Positions 25,374-37,053 of a stretch of 64,000 bases of DNA are shown here, one piece after another. Source of the stretch: Calcarisporiella thermophila CBS 279.70 (lineage: Eukaryota; Fungi; Calcarisporiellomycota); contig NW_027192191.1 of assembly GCF_041956535.1 (NCBI RefSeq), forward strand, positions 1,003,443 to 1,067,442. Direction: 5' to 3'. How positions within the stretch are numbered: position 1 is the first letter of the stretch; each line of letters starts with the position of its first letter. The notes below the pieces were generated by a model. It worked only from the letters and a program-made list of their open reading frames with translations. It was not told the DNA's origin and ran no database searches. A program made the translations under genes and the position numbers.

Positions 25374-28300
25374 ATGCTTGCAGCCCCAGCTGCAGTCGTA
25401 AAGGATCGGTTATCGTCCGTGACCTCCCTCGCCGACAGGATGAGTAAAGTGGGGAAGCGAAAGTCTAGCCATGACTTGTGCACGAGCTCGAGCGGCTTCG
25501 ACAGGATAGACAAGCCGGAGAAACCTGGTGAGCTCCTCTTCCCCCTTCACATTATCACATTCCATTTCCTCGTTCCCTCTGTTGGACACTTTTGCTTACG
25601 TTATTCACATCAGCACTATTGGAAAATTGAGCTCATCCTCTTTTTTTTTTTTTTTTATTCTGCTATCCTCTGCTTTGCTGGTTGAGTTCAGCCACGTTGA
25701 GAAAGAAGGCCTCCCTACGTGACCTAGGACAGACCTTAGTACGACCCTTTGTCAGAGAGAGGCCGAAATGCCCTGAAGAGAGGGAGCAATTGGTGCTCGA
25801 GAAAAACCCCGATGTGTTCCTTAAGCCGGTCGCCCCTCCGGAGAAACATCCTCAGAGATCAGCGGCCAAAGGTAGAGTACCACCCAACCTTATTTGTAAA
25901 GCCAAATCCCAATGCCTCGTCTGACAAGCACAAAAATTAGCCCCAAAACGCTTATCCTCGCTTCGCGATTTGCGTGATCTTGTGATGCGCCCAATTAAGG
26001 ATCCAGACCACGGATCCCGATCTGAATCGAGTGTCATGCCTTTTCCCGCCTATCCTCCGCTGAAGACGACGGGGCGACCCGCGGAGACCGAGCGTCCCCC
26101 TGACGTGCCGGCGATGCCCCCGGCCCCCACCAAGGTCCCAGGTAGATAGAGCTCTCTTTGCTGCCCTGACTCTCCTCCCGAAGAGAAAGGCCCAGGTCAC
26201 TAAGCTCTCTTTTGTTGGCCAATAGCCGCCCCCAAGGCGAGAACTTCCATCCGCGACCTACGGGAGCGATTCAAGAGGGCAAGGAAGGTGTATAAATCGG
26301 AGAAAGAGAAGGCGAAAGCGGCCAAGCCAGCCAAGAGTAAATGCGCTGCTGCCCTATAGATCCCATTTATCGTGTCTCCTAATCCTCTGGTTTTGCCTTA
26401 GCTCTACCCAAGAGGAGCTCGTTTCGCTCTCTACAAGATCTCTTTGGAAAAACACGGAACGACCCGCAGGCAGGCCGCGACGGCCCCCTCACCACGGACA
26501 CCCCTCCTGCCCCGCAAGAGCCGACCAAAAACCCGTCTCCTAGGAAGTCGGACGGGAGCCCCCTGAAAGACAAGCAGGTCGAGCGGTCCACTACGGCAAG
26601 CTCAACCACCCATTCGGAGGCTGGTTCGATCGAAGCGGATCAAGGCGGCCCTCGGGTCTCTGCGCTGAAGAAAAAGAAGTCGTTTCAACTTAGTGTGGTG
26701 CCTCTGGAGGACCACGTGCCGAGCTTGCCTCCGCCGCTGCCCGAGAACAAAGCCGCCAAGCTGGAGTCCTTTCCTGCTCTGCCGTGCCCCACGGTAGCAC
26801 GGTGTGATTCGGCGGTGGATGTGGAGGATTTGGAACCGAAATGCTTGAAGTCTACCGTGCCCCCCTCCCTGCCACGCACAACGTCCTTTGAATTCGGCCT
26901 AGATCAAAGGATGCTGTCTCCTACTTCGGCGGAAGGGAAGGAGAGGGAAGAGATTGAAAAGGAATGGCGGGCCTTGGAGGCCGCATCAGAGTCCCTCACC
27001 TCGCTAAGAGGTCCCAGGGAGTGCGCGGGGCTGGTGACAGCCGGCCTCACCTGGGAAGCTGGCCTCACCGACAGGAAACAGGCGGACAAGCTTGGCCAAA
27101 ACAAGTCCATCCCCCTCGATGCTGTCGCGGCCCCCAACCAGCCAGCCCCTCCGGATACCGCGATTGGAGTCTCCGAAGCGTCCCCTTCGCTTGTGCCCTT
27201 GATGGCCATTGCACGGCAGCTTTCCTCCTCTATCGAGTTTGTCAGCGACAACAAACGTGACACCCTGGACCATCTCCTGGATAGCATGCTGAATGTGCAT
27301 CTGAGTCAACCGAATCAGCCCCATGTGGCCCATCCTTTTCCCTCCAAGGCGTCACCAGCTCCCCTAAGCGACGGTCTGCCACGCGATGAGATGAGGTCTC
27401 TCTCCCCCTCCACCTCCAGCACCCTTAGCTCGGCCTCGTTCCTCAGTGAGCCCGGGACCCTGTCTATGGTAAGGCAAGAGCCCAGTGTTCACCGATCCCT
27501 GCACCCAAGCCCCATTCTAAGTGCGGACACCGTGAAGCGAGCTACGATGGAGGAGGCCCTAGGGAAAGAGGATGTTCAAGCCATCCTGGACTGGTAAATC
27601 TAGCGCTTTTGCTTCTGGTTCTTCTCTCTGGCGATCCAACGTTGATGTTTTGATAGTGTTTCCGACCGGATCTTTGAGTCCATCTGCCACAATCACCGTA
27701 CTAAGCGCTTTAAAACCGAGCCGATTCTTAATAACAATGACACCGCTACGGTAACTTGGCCATCTACTGCCCCATTTCTTGCGACCCCCCTCCTCTTTAA
27801 CCTTGAAGGCTTCTAGGTGTTGCAGCTGCCCTATGTCAGTACCTCCAAAGAGGATATCTCGGAGATGCTCCGTGTCGTTTTCGAGTGTGGAGAGCTGGGT
27901 CCGGAGTGTGCTATCATCACCCTTGTAGGTGGCCGTGTCTTGCAGGGTAGATGCTTGTTGGCTTAAACTTTTTTTCCCTTTCTGTGGGCTATTTTCATTA
28001 GGTCTACATCGATCGCATGTGCAAGAACACGGGGGTCACGTTGCATGACGTGAACTGGATCCGAATTCTGCTTGGAGGGCTTGTGCTGGCGGTCAAGGTC
28101 TGGGATGACCATGCGGTCTATAACTGTGATTTTTGCGTCGTATTCCCGGATTTTGACGTAAAAAAAATGTAACTGGATTGGTTGGATATGTCGATGACAG
28201 TGGATTCATGTGTTGTCTTTTGTTTTTGTGGCGGGACATAGCAATGAGCTTGAACGGTGGTATATTGAAGCTCTGCAATATGACGTTGGCATCCATGTTA

Positions 28301-28498
28301 GCCTCTACACGGAGTATCGACGATGCCTTCAAGCTAGGATGGCTCAGACCGGAAGCAAATCCGTCAACTCTATGGTAAATAGGCTCGCATGCTTTGTTAT
28401 GGAATGAAGCCGCACTCACTCCGCTCCCCTCTTCTCTCTCCTCTCCCACGTAGCTCCATAACCAAGAGAAATCGTGGCCGAAGCCCGTGTTGGTTTAG
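25374..28498 (+). CDS. Cyclin Y-like cyclin with a long disordered N-terminal region, multi-exon
   Basis: C-terminal cyclin box ECAIITL|VYIDRM…NWIRILLGGLVLAVKVWDDHAVYNCDFC…NELERWYIEALQYDV matches the CCNY consensus. Upstream exons splice in frame into ORF 26695-27597. Confidence 0.8.
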
Positions 28499-31400
28499 CT
28501 TGCTCTTGCACCCATATTCTCCTATTCCCCTTGGATGCTCGTTTCATCTAGGCTCTCTTTTGCATTCTCCTCTCCATTCAATTTAATTTTCACTCTGGTT
28601 CATAAGGGATTGGAATTCTCTTCCCGCTTTCTCCCCCTCCCCTCATCCCACATCGACTTTCACTTTGCTTTTATTTTTTCTTTTCTTCATATGCGCTTCT
28701 CATTTCTTATTTGTCTTTTCCATTTTCTTTTTTTTTTTTACCAAGTCGTGCGAGTGTATTTTTTTTTCTACTATTCTAGAGTTATAATGGCCAATGGTGC
28801 ACTATTTGGATGTTTTCTACTCTGTGCCTCCTCGCTTTTTTTTTTCCTCCTTCTCCTACACTCTCTCATCCTGTTTTCTCTTTCTAATGCCTCGTTTCTA
28901 TCGATGCTGTAATGATATGACTTTATTTTCTCATTTTGAATTGAGCTTAACGACAAAAGTATAAGTCGTGGTGCTTAAGTATTCAAACTTCGGCCTCGTT
29001 TCCCAGCTCTAAGCTGATTCCAAGCCCTACTCCCCGCCTTTCTTTTTATGTCCAAGTGAAGCCACTCTGACACGTATTGTTCCCCCCTCCCTCCCCCCAA
29101 TGAAGGGATGGGGCCTAATGAAAGCCCGAATTCGTGCGAGCAGAAGGGCTCGTCCGATTTAGGGAACTCGATACGCACCTCTGTCAAAGTCACGGCACCG
29201 TTGGGTGCTTGCGACGTCAGCATCCGATGGATCCTAACCGCCACTTTCTCTATATTTGAGAGAGGAGAGCGATAGCCAAATTTTGATAACGTGAGAATGG
29301 ACACAAAAAATTAAATGAAAGGGGCGGATTTTGAATAGGAGCAGCAACAAGCAAATGAGCCACACCCCCCTTCCCTCTTCCCCCCCCTCCCAGGGGGAAC
29401 AGACGTGGGGCACACAACGATGGAAATAGGAAAGAGATGGGCATGCGACCTCTAGGATGGGTTGTGAGGATAGACAATCTCCAACCGACTATTATGTTTG
29501 AGGGTGAAACAGCCAATTTCCGGATTATGGAAGCATCCGGTATTAAGACTTAATAGAAGCAATTTATTTGTGATGAATGAGGGGAGGGGGGGGGGGGAGG
29601 GAAGAAATTGGGCTAGACGGAGCTGGATTCTGGGGGCGCACAAGGAAATCTAAGCTTAAATGAGTAGAGAACATTTCCAAGAGAAGGTCACTTCTTCTTT
29701 AATAGAACATTATGCATCTAATAATAACTCTGTAGGCCCAACGGGACGCGTGAATGAACCATCTCCCGGCATATTGGAGGGGTGGGGGGGGGGGGCAGCG
29801 CCTTCGACAAAGCAATGTGACGGTGGTTTCAAGGGTTGAGCCCCCTCGGCCCAACTGTCTCACGTTCCAGGGTGGGAGGCGCGTTGTGCATTTTATGTTC
29901 TCCAGCATTGCTTAAAGAGACTCGCTTGGGCCTATTAGCATTATGCTATCAGATAGGCCTGTAGCCTCTGGAGGATGGCCACATGATGTGCAGTACGCTC
30001 GGGTTCCGTTCATGATATAATGTACACCCCATTGTGACAGCTACCAAAGTTAAAAAAGTTTAAAAAAATTAAAAAAACCGTTGTGCTGGGAACAAACACA
30101 GCGGCTATGCTCTGTGTTTGTTTCCAAGAGCCCTCCGAGATCCTCCCCTCCCCCCATGCCTTCCGCTATCATGTCATCGATCTCTTTGATAAAGCCGGTA
30201 AATTATTTGAATTCAAATACAGCCCTCACAGGCAGACACTGACGCAATCCTCGGGATCATGTACGCTTGTGCAACGAGGGATTAAAAAAGGGGGGGGAAA
30301 GACGGATTAGATGGATAAGATGGGGCCGGGAATGAACACAGATCAGTCCACGGGGGGGAGGGTGCCGAGGGGCCTGCGAGACCAGGAGTGGCCGTCCGCA
30401 GGGCGGTGCAGCAGGGAGGATGAAACCTGACAGGATCCGGCTGAATTAAGGAGGAAGAGGTGGGGTGGGTGAGGCGAGGGTGAACCCGAATTGTTTGTAG
30501 CTGCTTTCGGCACAGCGAGCGCAATTTGCCGAGATCAATATGACCCCACAAGGCCGGCGCTCCCACCCAGCGTCCCAAAGAGCCGCCTGCCGATTCGGAC
30601 AACCCGAACAAAAAGGAAAATGCTTATGAGGACTAGGGGCGAGGGGAAGCAGCGGCGAATCACCTCATTTTGGTCATTCAGAGCTTAACTCTCACAGGCC
30701 CAAGGGTCATTGGTGCGGGTGTTGGGCCTACTAAATTTCTAAACTTCTTTACATCGCCGGCCGGGATTTCGCCCTGACAAATCGCCTGGACGATGTCATG
30801 GCTGCGGATAGGGGGATGGAAACTTTTAGCCATGCAACCCTATACCGCTGCGTCTATGCGGGGGGGGGGGTTGGCCCCCATGACGCTGCGGCTGCCAAAC
30901 ACAGAAGCCGCGTTGCATGTGGGGCAGGGGAAAGACTAACTGCAACTAGCTTTGCATTGGGGCCACGGGCTCAATGGTCAGAGGGGGCCGGCCGGCATCC
31001 AGGGCGCGGGTGAGGGGGGGCGGCGGCCGCCACTGGGGCCAGGAATAAGACTCGGCCGGGTTTGTTTGTTAAGCACAGAGGACATCGGCGGGAAAATCAG
31101 CCACTAAACTATTCTGAGTAGAGCAGCGGGTGAGGAGTTTGTTTACACAACAAGCAAAAAAAAATTTTCGGTAACGCGAGGTGTGTTTCCAAAATTTTAA
31201 GAGCACGATAATAAAACGGAAGTTGAAATCCGCATAATGTGTGTCCGTCCAAAAGGAAAAAAGGCTTTCCACTATCCTATTTGCAATTGGGGTTGGATCA
31301 GGCCTAGGGCGATTGAGCCAATTTCACCCTTGCGAAATTAATTTCCCCCGTCTCTATACAGAAAACGGATGGGAGATGGGGGAGGGGGAGGCCTGGGCAA

Positions 31401-31819
31401 GAAAGGAAAAAGCAGCAGGACGGGGGGGGGGGGGCGAGGCCGCGAGGACGGGCCAAGAGGGGGCCGTGGGACTGCGCGCGCCCCCCGTTTGATCCGGAAA
31501 GCAAAGCCGGCACCACCAGTCAGGCAGCAAGGCCCGGAAGAACGAGCAGGGGGCCGCGCAGCTAATGAGGAGAGCCTGGCCATGAATAATGTTGCTCGGG
31601 TCGGATTGGGGGGATTTTCGTGAGTTTTGAGAAAAGTTAAAGAGATTTGCTAAAAAACTCATTAGCGTTTCACTGCCACATGGCCAGTAGCGAAGGTTTA
31701 ACCGAAACAATCTAAATATTGGGTAGGAGTCAGCATTGCGCCAACGCGATTGGTGACTTGGATTTAGGTCGGACACACGGTCCTTTGTTCTTCCTCTCCG
31801 TGCCACCCAAGCTTCGCGC

Positions 31820-31828
31820 GATATAAAG
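31820..31828 (+). promoter_or_regulatory. TATA box of PMA1 followed by a pyrimidine-rich initiation region
   Basis: GATATAAAG about 450 bp upstream of the ATG, followed by CT-rich sequence, a uORF and a leader intron. Confidence 0.5.
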
Positions 31829-31936
31829 GCCGCCCAACCTCCACCCCCTCTCCCCCCCTTCCCCTCCCCAACTTCTTTTTCCTCCCTTCGCTCCCTTTGT
31901 TTATACTCCCCCCCCCTTCTACTCTCGTCTAGTCTA

Positions 31937-31954
31937 ATGAGCGATAGCCTCTAA
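31937..31954 (+). other. Upstream ORF (MSDSL*) in the probable PMA1 5' leader
   Basis: ATG AGC GAT AGC CTC TAA lies between the TATA box and the leader intron. Confidence 0.45.
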
Positions 31955-31993
31955 CGGCAGCTCAACAGCGGTGTTTTTCTCTCTATAAACTTG

Positions 31994-32111
31994 GTAGGTT
32001 TCTCGCAAAACCGGAATGGCGTCCTCCCCCCCGCCCTCTGGCTTTGTTTGTTTACATTCCGCAATTGGCGACCCGGCGCTAACCTCCTTGTTTACGCTTT
32101 GCCTCCATTAG
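31994..32111 (+). other. Probable 5'UTR intron of PMA1
   Basis: GTAGGT donor, CGCTAAC branch site (~32077) and CATTAG acceptor. Confidence 0.6.
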
Positions 32112-32273
32112 CAAATAATTCCCCCCCTTTGTAGAGGGAAGCTTGTGAATACTCTTCTAAGAAGGAGCCTCTATTTCCTCTCTTCTTTCCCCCCACTCCT
32201 ACTATATTTGCTGTATATACTCATTTTCCGTGAATAGTCTTTTTTATCTGTGGTTATATTGGACGAAAAAGGA

Positions 32274-35018
32274 ATGTCGGAAGACAAAAAGATAGAAGAA
32301 CAACCGCACCAGACTAGCGAGGCCATCGAGGCTCAGGCCGCCGATAAGAAGGTCGGCAACGTCGAGTTCGAGGAGGTCGAGCACATCGAGCACGAGGACG
32401 ATATCCCGCCCGAGCTCGAGGAGCTGCTCCACACTGACCCCAGCAAGGGTCTGACCTCCGAGGAGGCCGCCGAGCGTCTCGCCACCTTCGGCCGCAACGA
32501 GCTTGTGGAGAAGAAGACCAATCCCATCATTAAGTTCCTCCGCTTCTTCACTGGCGCCATTGCCTACCTGATTGAAATCGCCTGTATTCTTGCCGCCGTG
32601 ACCCAGGACTGGCCCGACTTCGGTATCATCCTCGGTCTTCTCTTCGTCAATGCTCTGATCGGTTTCATTGAGGAGTCCAAGGCCGAGAGCGCCCTCGACG
32701 CCCTCAAGCAGAACCTTGCCCTCAAGTCCAAGGTGTGGCGTGATGGTAACTTGGTCGAACTCGAGTCCACCCTCCTCGTGCCCGGTGATGTGATCGTGCT
32801 CCGTCTCGGTGACATTATCCCTGCCGATGCTCGTCTCCTTGGTATTGGTGTCAACGGTGAGGCCACCGAGGGTGACCTCCACATCGACCAGTCCGCTCTC
32901 ACCGGTGAATCGCTCCCCGTCCAGAAGAACAAGGGTAGCACCGTGTACTCCTCGTCCGTCGTCAAGCAGGGTCAGCAGATGGCCGTCGTCACCAAGACCG
33001 GCAGCCGCACCTTCATCGGTCGTGCCGCTAACCTTATCTCCATCACCACCGAGGAGGGCCATTTCCAGAAGATCATCAACCGCATCGGTAACGTTCTCAT
33101 CATCATCACCGTCGTCATGGTCTTGATTCTGCTTGGCTACCTCCTTGGTATCTCGCATGCTGAGAAGCCACTCGAGTCGCTCTCCAAGATTCTCGTGCTC
33201 ACCATTGCTGCCATCCCCGTCGGTCTCCCCACTGTCATGTCCGTGACCATGGCCTTCGGTGCCAAGCAACTTGCTGCCAAGCAGGTCATTGTCAAGCGTC
33301 TTACTGCCGTTGAGGAGATGGCCTCTGTTTCCGTCCTCTGCTCCGACAAGACCGGTACCCTCACCCTCAATGAGTTGACCTTCGACGAGCCCTACCTCTG
33401 CTCCGGCTTCACCTCTGATGACATTCTCCTCTACTCTTATCTCGCCGCCGAGCCTGGAGCAAACGACCCGATCGAGTCTGCCGTCCGCCGTGCCGCTGAA
33501 GACCAGCTCGAGATCCTGAAGAACCGCCCCAGCAAGCACGAGGTTCCTGGCTACAAGGTCACCTCCTTCTTGCCCTTCAACCCCGTTACCAAGATGACCC
33601 AGGCCACCGTGGCCAACACCGCCCAGAATGAGGTCTTCAAGGTCGCCAAGGGTGCTCCTCAAGTGATCATCAAGTTGGTGGGTGGTAATGACGATGCTGT
33701 TCGCGCCGTGAACGCTCTTGCCCGCCGTGGTCTCCGTGCCCTCGGTGTTGCCCGCACTATCCCTGGTGATATTGAGAAGTACGAGCTTGTTGGTATGATT
33801 TCCCTCCTCGATCCCCCGCGTCCCGACTCTGCCCAAACCATCGCCGAGTGCGAGGCCATGGGTGTCAACGTCAAGATGATTACTGGTGATCAGCTCATCA
33901 TTGCCAAGGAAGTTGCCCAGCGTCTCGGTATGCAACGTGTCATCCTCGATGCCAACCACCTTGTGGACCCCAACAAGTCCGAGCACGAGGTAACTGAGCA
34001 CTGCCAGCGCGCCGACGGTTTCGCCCAGGTAATTCCCGAACACAAGTACCGTGTGGTCGAGCTCCTCCAGAAGAAGGGTCTCCTTGTTGGTATGACTGGT
34101 GATGGTGTGAACGATGCCCCCGCTCTCAAGAAGGCCAACGTCGGTATTGCCGTCCATGGCTGCACTGACGCCGCTCGCTCTGCTGCCGATATTGTCCTGC
34201 TTGCCCCTGGTCTTTCCACCATCGTCGACGGTATCAAGTGCTCTCGTGCCATCTTCCAGCGCATGCGTTCCTATGCCCTCTACCGTATCACCTCCACCAT
34301 CCACTTCTTGATCTTCTTCTTCTTGATCACCCTTATTGAACGCTGGGAGATGACTCCTCTGCTCCTCATTCTCATCTGCTTGTTGAACGACGCCGCCACC
34401 ATTGTGATTGCTTGGGACAATGCTCAGATCTCTCAGAAACCCGACAAGTGGCGCATTGGACAGCTCCTCATCATGTCCACCGTGTTGGGTGTGTTGCTTG
34501 CCTGCATGTCCTTTGCTCACTTCTACATTGCCCGCGACGTCTTCCAAGTCAACGGTGGCGAGCTCCAGGGTATCATGTATTTGCACATTTCCTCCTGCCC
34601 TCACTTCGTCATCTTCTCTACTCGTATCCCTGGCTACATCTGGCAGAACATGCCCTCGCTCGTCTTCTCCGTCGTCATTATCGCCACCCAAATCTTTGCC
34701 ATGTTCATGTCCATCTATGGCGCCTTCGGCTCTGGCCAGCATGTTGCGCCTATTGGTTGGGGTTGGGGTGTTGTGGTCATGGTTATCTCGTTTGTGTACA
34801 TGTTTGTCCTCGACTTCGTCAAGGTGCAGATGTTCCGTCACTGGACCTTCGAGCGCACCGTCGCCTTCCTGCCCACCGCTGGTCGCCGTGCCAAGCTCGC
34901 CAAGCGCCAGGAGGAGGCCAGGAACCGCGCCGAGGTCCGTCGCATCCGCGATAAGATCCGCAAAGCTGTGCTTGTCTCAACTGCTATCTCTGCTCTCCAA
35001 GACGCAAAGAAGCACTAA
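32274..35018 (+). CDS. PMA1: Plasma-membrane P3A-type H+-ATPase, intronless CDS with strong codon bias
   Basis: DQSALTGES, CSDKTGTLT, KGAPQ, DPPR, MITGD and GMTGDGVNDAPALKKA motifs with 10 TM segments. Confidence 0.97.
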   Translation: MSEDKKIEEQPHQTSEAIEAQAADKKVGNVEFEEVEHIEHEDDIPPELEELLHTDPSKGLTSEEAAERLATFGRNELVEKKTNPIIKFLRFFTGAIAYLIEIACILAAVTQDWPDFGIILGLLFVNALIGFIEESKAESALDALKQNLALKSKVWRDGNLVELESTLLVPGDVIVLRLGDIIPADARLLGIGVNGEATEGDLHIDQSALTGESLPVQKNKGSTVYSSSVVKQGQQMAVVTKTGSRTFIGRAANLISITTEEGHFQKIINRIGNVLIIITVVMVLILLGYLLGISHAEKPLESLSKILVLTIAAIPVGLPTVMSVTMAFGAKQLAAKQVIVKRLTAVEEMASVSVLCSDKTGTLTLNELTFDEPYLCSGFTSDDILLYSYLAAEPGANDPIESAVRRAAEDQLEILKNRPSKHEVPGYKVTSFLPFNPVTKMTQATVANTAQNEVFKVAKGAPQVIIKLVGGNDDAVRAVNALARRGLRALGVARTIPGDIEKYELVGMISLLDPPRPDSAQTIAECEAMGVNVKMITGDQLIIAKEVAQRLGMQRVILDANHLVDPNKSEHEVTEHCQRADGFAQVIPEHKYRVVELLQKKGLLVGMTGDGVNDAPALKKANVGIAVHGCTDAARSAADIVLLAPGLSTIVDGIKCSRAIFQRMRSYALYRITSTIHFLIFFFLITLIERWEMTPLLLILICLLNDAATIVIAWDNAQISQKPDKWRIGQLLIMSTVLGVLLACMSFAHFYIARDVFQVNGGELQGIMYLHISSCPHFVIFSTRIPGYIWQNMPSLVFSVVIIATQIFAMFMSIYGAFGSGQHVAPIGWGWGVVVMVISFVYMFVLDFVKVQMFRHWTFERTVAFLPTAGRRAKLAKRQEEARNRAEVRRIRDKIRKAVLVSTAISALQDAKKH

Positions 35019-35789
35019 GTTAAAAATTTATAGAGGCTTAAGTGTATTCATCCATTTTTTTCCTTTTTGATTTTATAGATAAAGACCTTGTAATACCTTA
35101 TCTTTTTTTCTTTTTTTTCATTTCGCCGCTTTTGTTCTGAATCGCCTTTCATCCAAAAAAGCGAATTCACGACTCAAAAGTATCTTTTTTTTTTGTATTT
35201 TGTTTTTTTTTTTCTTTGAATACCTCCGATGAATTGAATAAACTCTTGAATAAAAGCTATGAGTTTTTTATGTCATCATAATGGTTACTTAGTGGATTTG
35301 CTACTTTAAAAATCAAAGCAACTTGGTGTCTTTCCCAATCTTCTCAGCTTAAAGCCAATTCATCCTTCAAGATTGCTCTTTAGTTTTTCAAGGATGAGAG
35401 GCATGCAAAGAGTGCTTAGCGTGAATGAGCAGATATACTGGATTTAGAAATTGGAGAATCAGAGTTTCAGAAATATCTGCAACGGTTAATATATCTTTAA
35501 AAATTTGCTAACCAAAGCAATTGTTCTCGAATACTTTTGTTTTGCTTTCTTCAACTTTTCATCCCAAATTTTATACCGAATTTATACCAACTTATAGATC
35601 TACTATGTCTTAATTTTATCTTGATTGTGGCAATTCTTTCGACTTCCGTTCCCCGTTTTATTTCTCAGTTTTGACCTTGTTTCTTGCTAAATGCTACAAT
35701 GGCAAGGTGACTTTAAAAGAGACTTCATCTTCTCTTGCTTACAAAGAGTAATTGGACAGCATTGCTCAATTATTTTTTCATTCTAGAAA

Positions 35790-36720
35790 TGGAATTTTTT
35801 TGTATACTCATTTGCTGGAACACACAGATAATCCTAATCAACATACTAAGTCAACATGCTGTCCTACAGAGAGGTGAAAGTAATAAGTTAAGAAAAAAGC
35901 TGTATTCTGTAGTTTCTGAGAAGTTACCCCGGGAATTTCTAAGGCGGCTGGGTTTTAGGCTTGATAATAACAAATCGCTTACTGCTCGGGTAGTTGATTC
36001 GAAATCTGCATCTTCTACTTCTCAAGTTAGTGTCGAGCTTACAAACCATTATTTAATTTCTACTAATTTGCGATTATCTATTATATACGGACAGTACACG
36101 ACTGAATGAGGGCCAGTCGAATAAACAGAATGCTTCAACTCCCACTCTAGAAACAAAGCGAGTAGCGAAGCGTAAACCAAGTGAATATTACTTCAGAGAA
36201 TCTTATTACTATTTTTGCGTATTCTTAATTATGCCTGATTATTAGTGCCAAAGCTGTCTTGGAATTTCTTATGAAGTCATCTCGGATTGCTACTAATAGA
36301 GTTCTGAAAAGAAAGAGAGGAGATGAGCTAGAGAAAGAGGTTGACGAAGGGTATGTTGGTGAGAGATATATCCAGGTTCGGTATTTGAACGATACAAAGC
36401 TGAACATCTTCAAGAGATTTAAAATTTCTCATCCCGATTTCAAGATCTCTAAGTCAAAATTTATTCTCCAATTCCGAAGAACTTTAAGAAAGCGTGCAAG
36501 TAAACTGTTATGTGCGAGGTGTGCGTCGAAGGCAAGAGGAATCCCGATAATCTGCGCCGTATACAGCGAGAAATTCATAATGGTTGCACCGGAAATTGTT
36601 TCGCAGGAGAGGTAGAACTTTGTGAACGAGTAGCTACCGAAGAGGATAAAGATCGACTCGAGCAATTGAAGGAGAAAGTTGCCATATATTCTTCACGCTA
36701 GCGCTTTGTGGAAGTCGATG
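35790..36720 (+). mobile_element. Degenerate DNA-transposon-like coding remnant with frameshifts and stops
   Basis: AT-rich island with fragmented frames LYSVVSEKLPREFLRRLGFRL…, FKRFKISHPDFKISKSKF/…PKNFKKA…MCEVCVEGK. The pattern resembles eukaryotic transposase N-terminal regions. Family not assigned. Confidence 0.5.
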
Positions 36721-36756
36721 TTTGAGAGAAATTCCACACATTAGGATAAGAGTTAG

Positions 36757-37053
36757 CATTTTATTAAGATAGGTTAGTAAATAAAGAAAAGCCTATTAGA
36801 GGAAGAATAGGTTTGAGGATGATTTTTGGAAAGCAACCACAAGCGATTGTGAATCGATTGCACTAAAAATGAGAGCTCTAGGATGGATATTCGTAGAACT
36901 ATTAGCTCTTGAAGTTTTTGATATAACACTAAAAGAGTTATTTTTAATGCAATCAATCCACAATCGCTTGTAGTTGTTTTCCAAGAAGTATCTTCAAAAC
37001 TATTCTTCCTTTAGCAAGCTTTTCTTTATTTACTGACCTACTCTAATAAAATG
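36757..37053. mobile_element. Foldback/MITE-like element with ~115-bp imperfect terminal inverted repeats
   Basis: The left arm cattttattaagataggttagtaaataaagaaaagc…gattgcactaaaaat is mirrored by the right arm atttttaatgcaatc…gcttttctttatttactgacctactctaataaaatg. Confidence 0.8.

Noticed and set aside
32244-34841. 865-aa antisense ORF opposite PMA1
   Set aside because: It is the in-register antisense shadow of a strongly codon-biased gene. Avoidance of TTA, CTA and TCA removes antisense stops. It has no recognisable domain.
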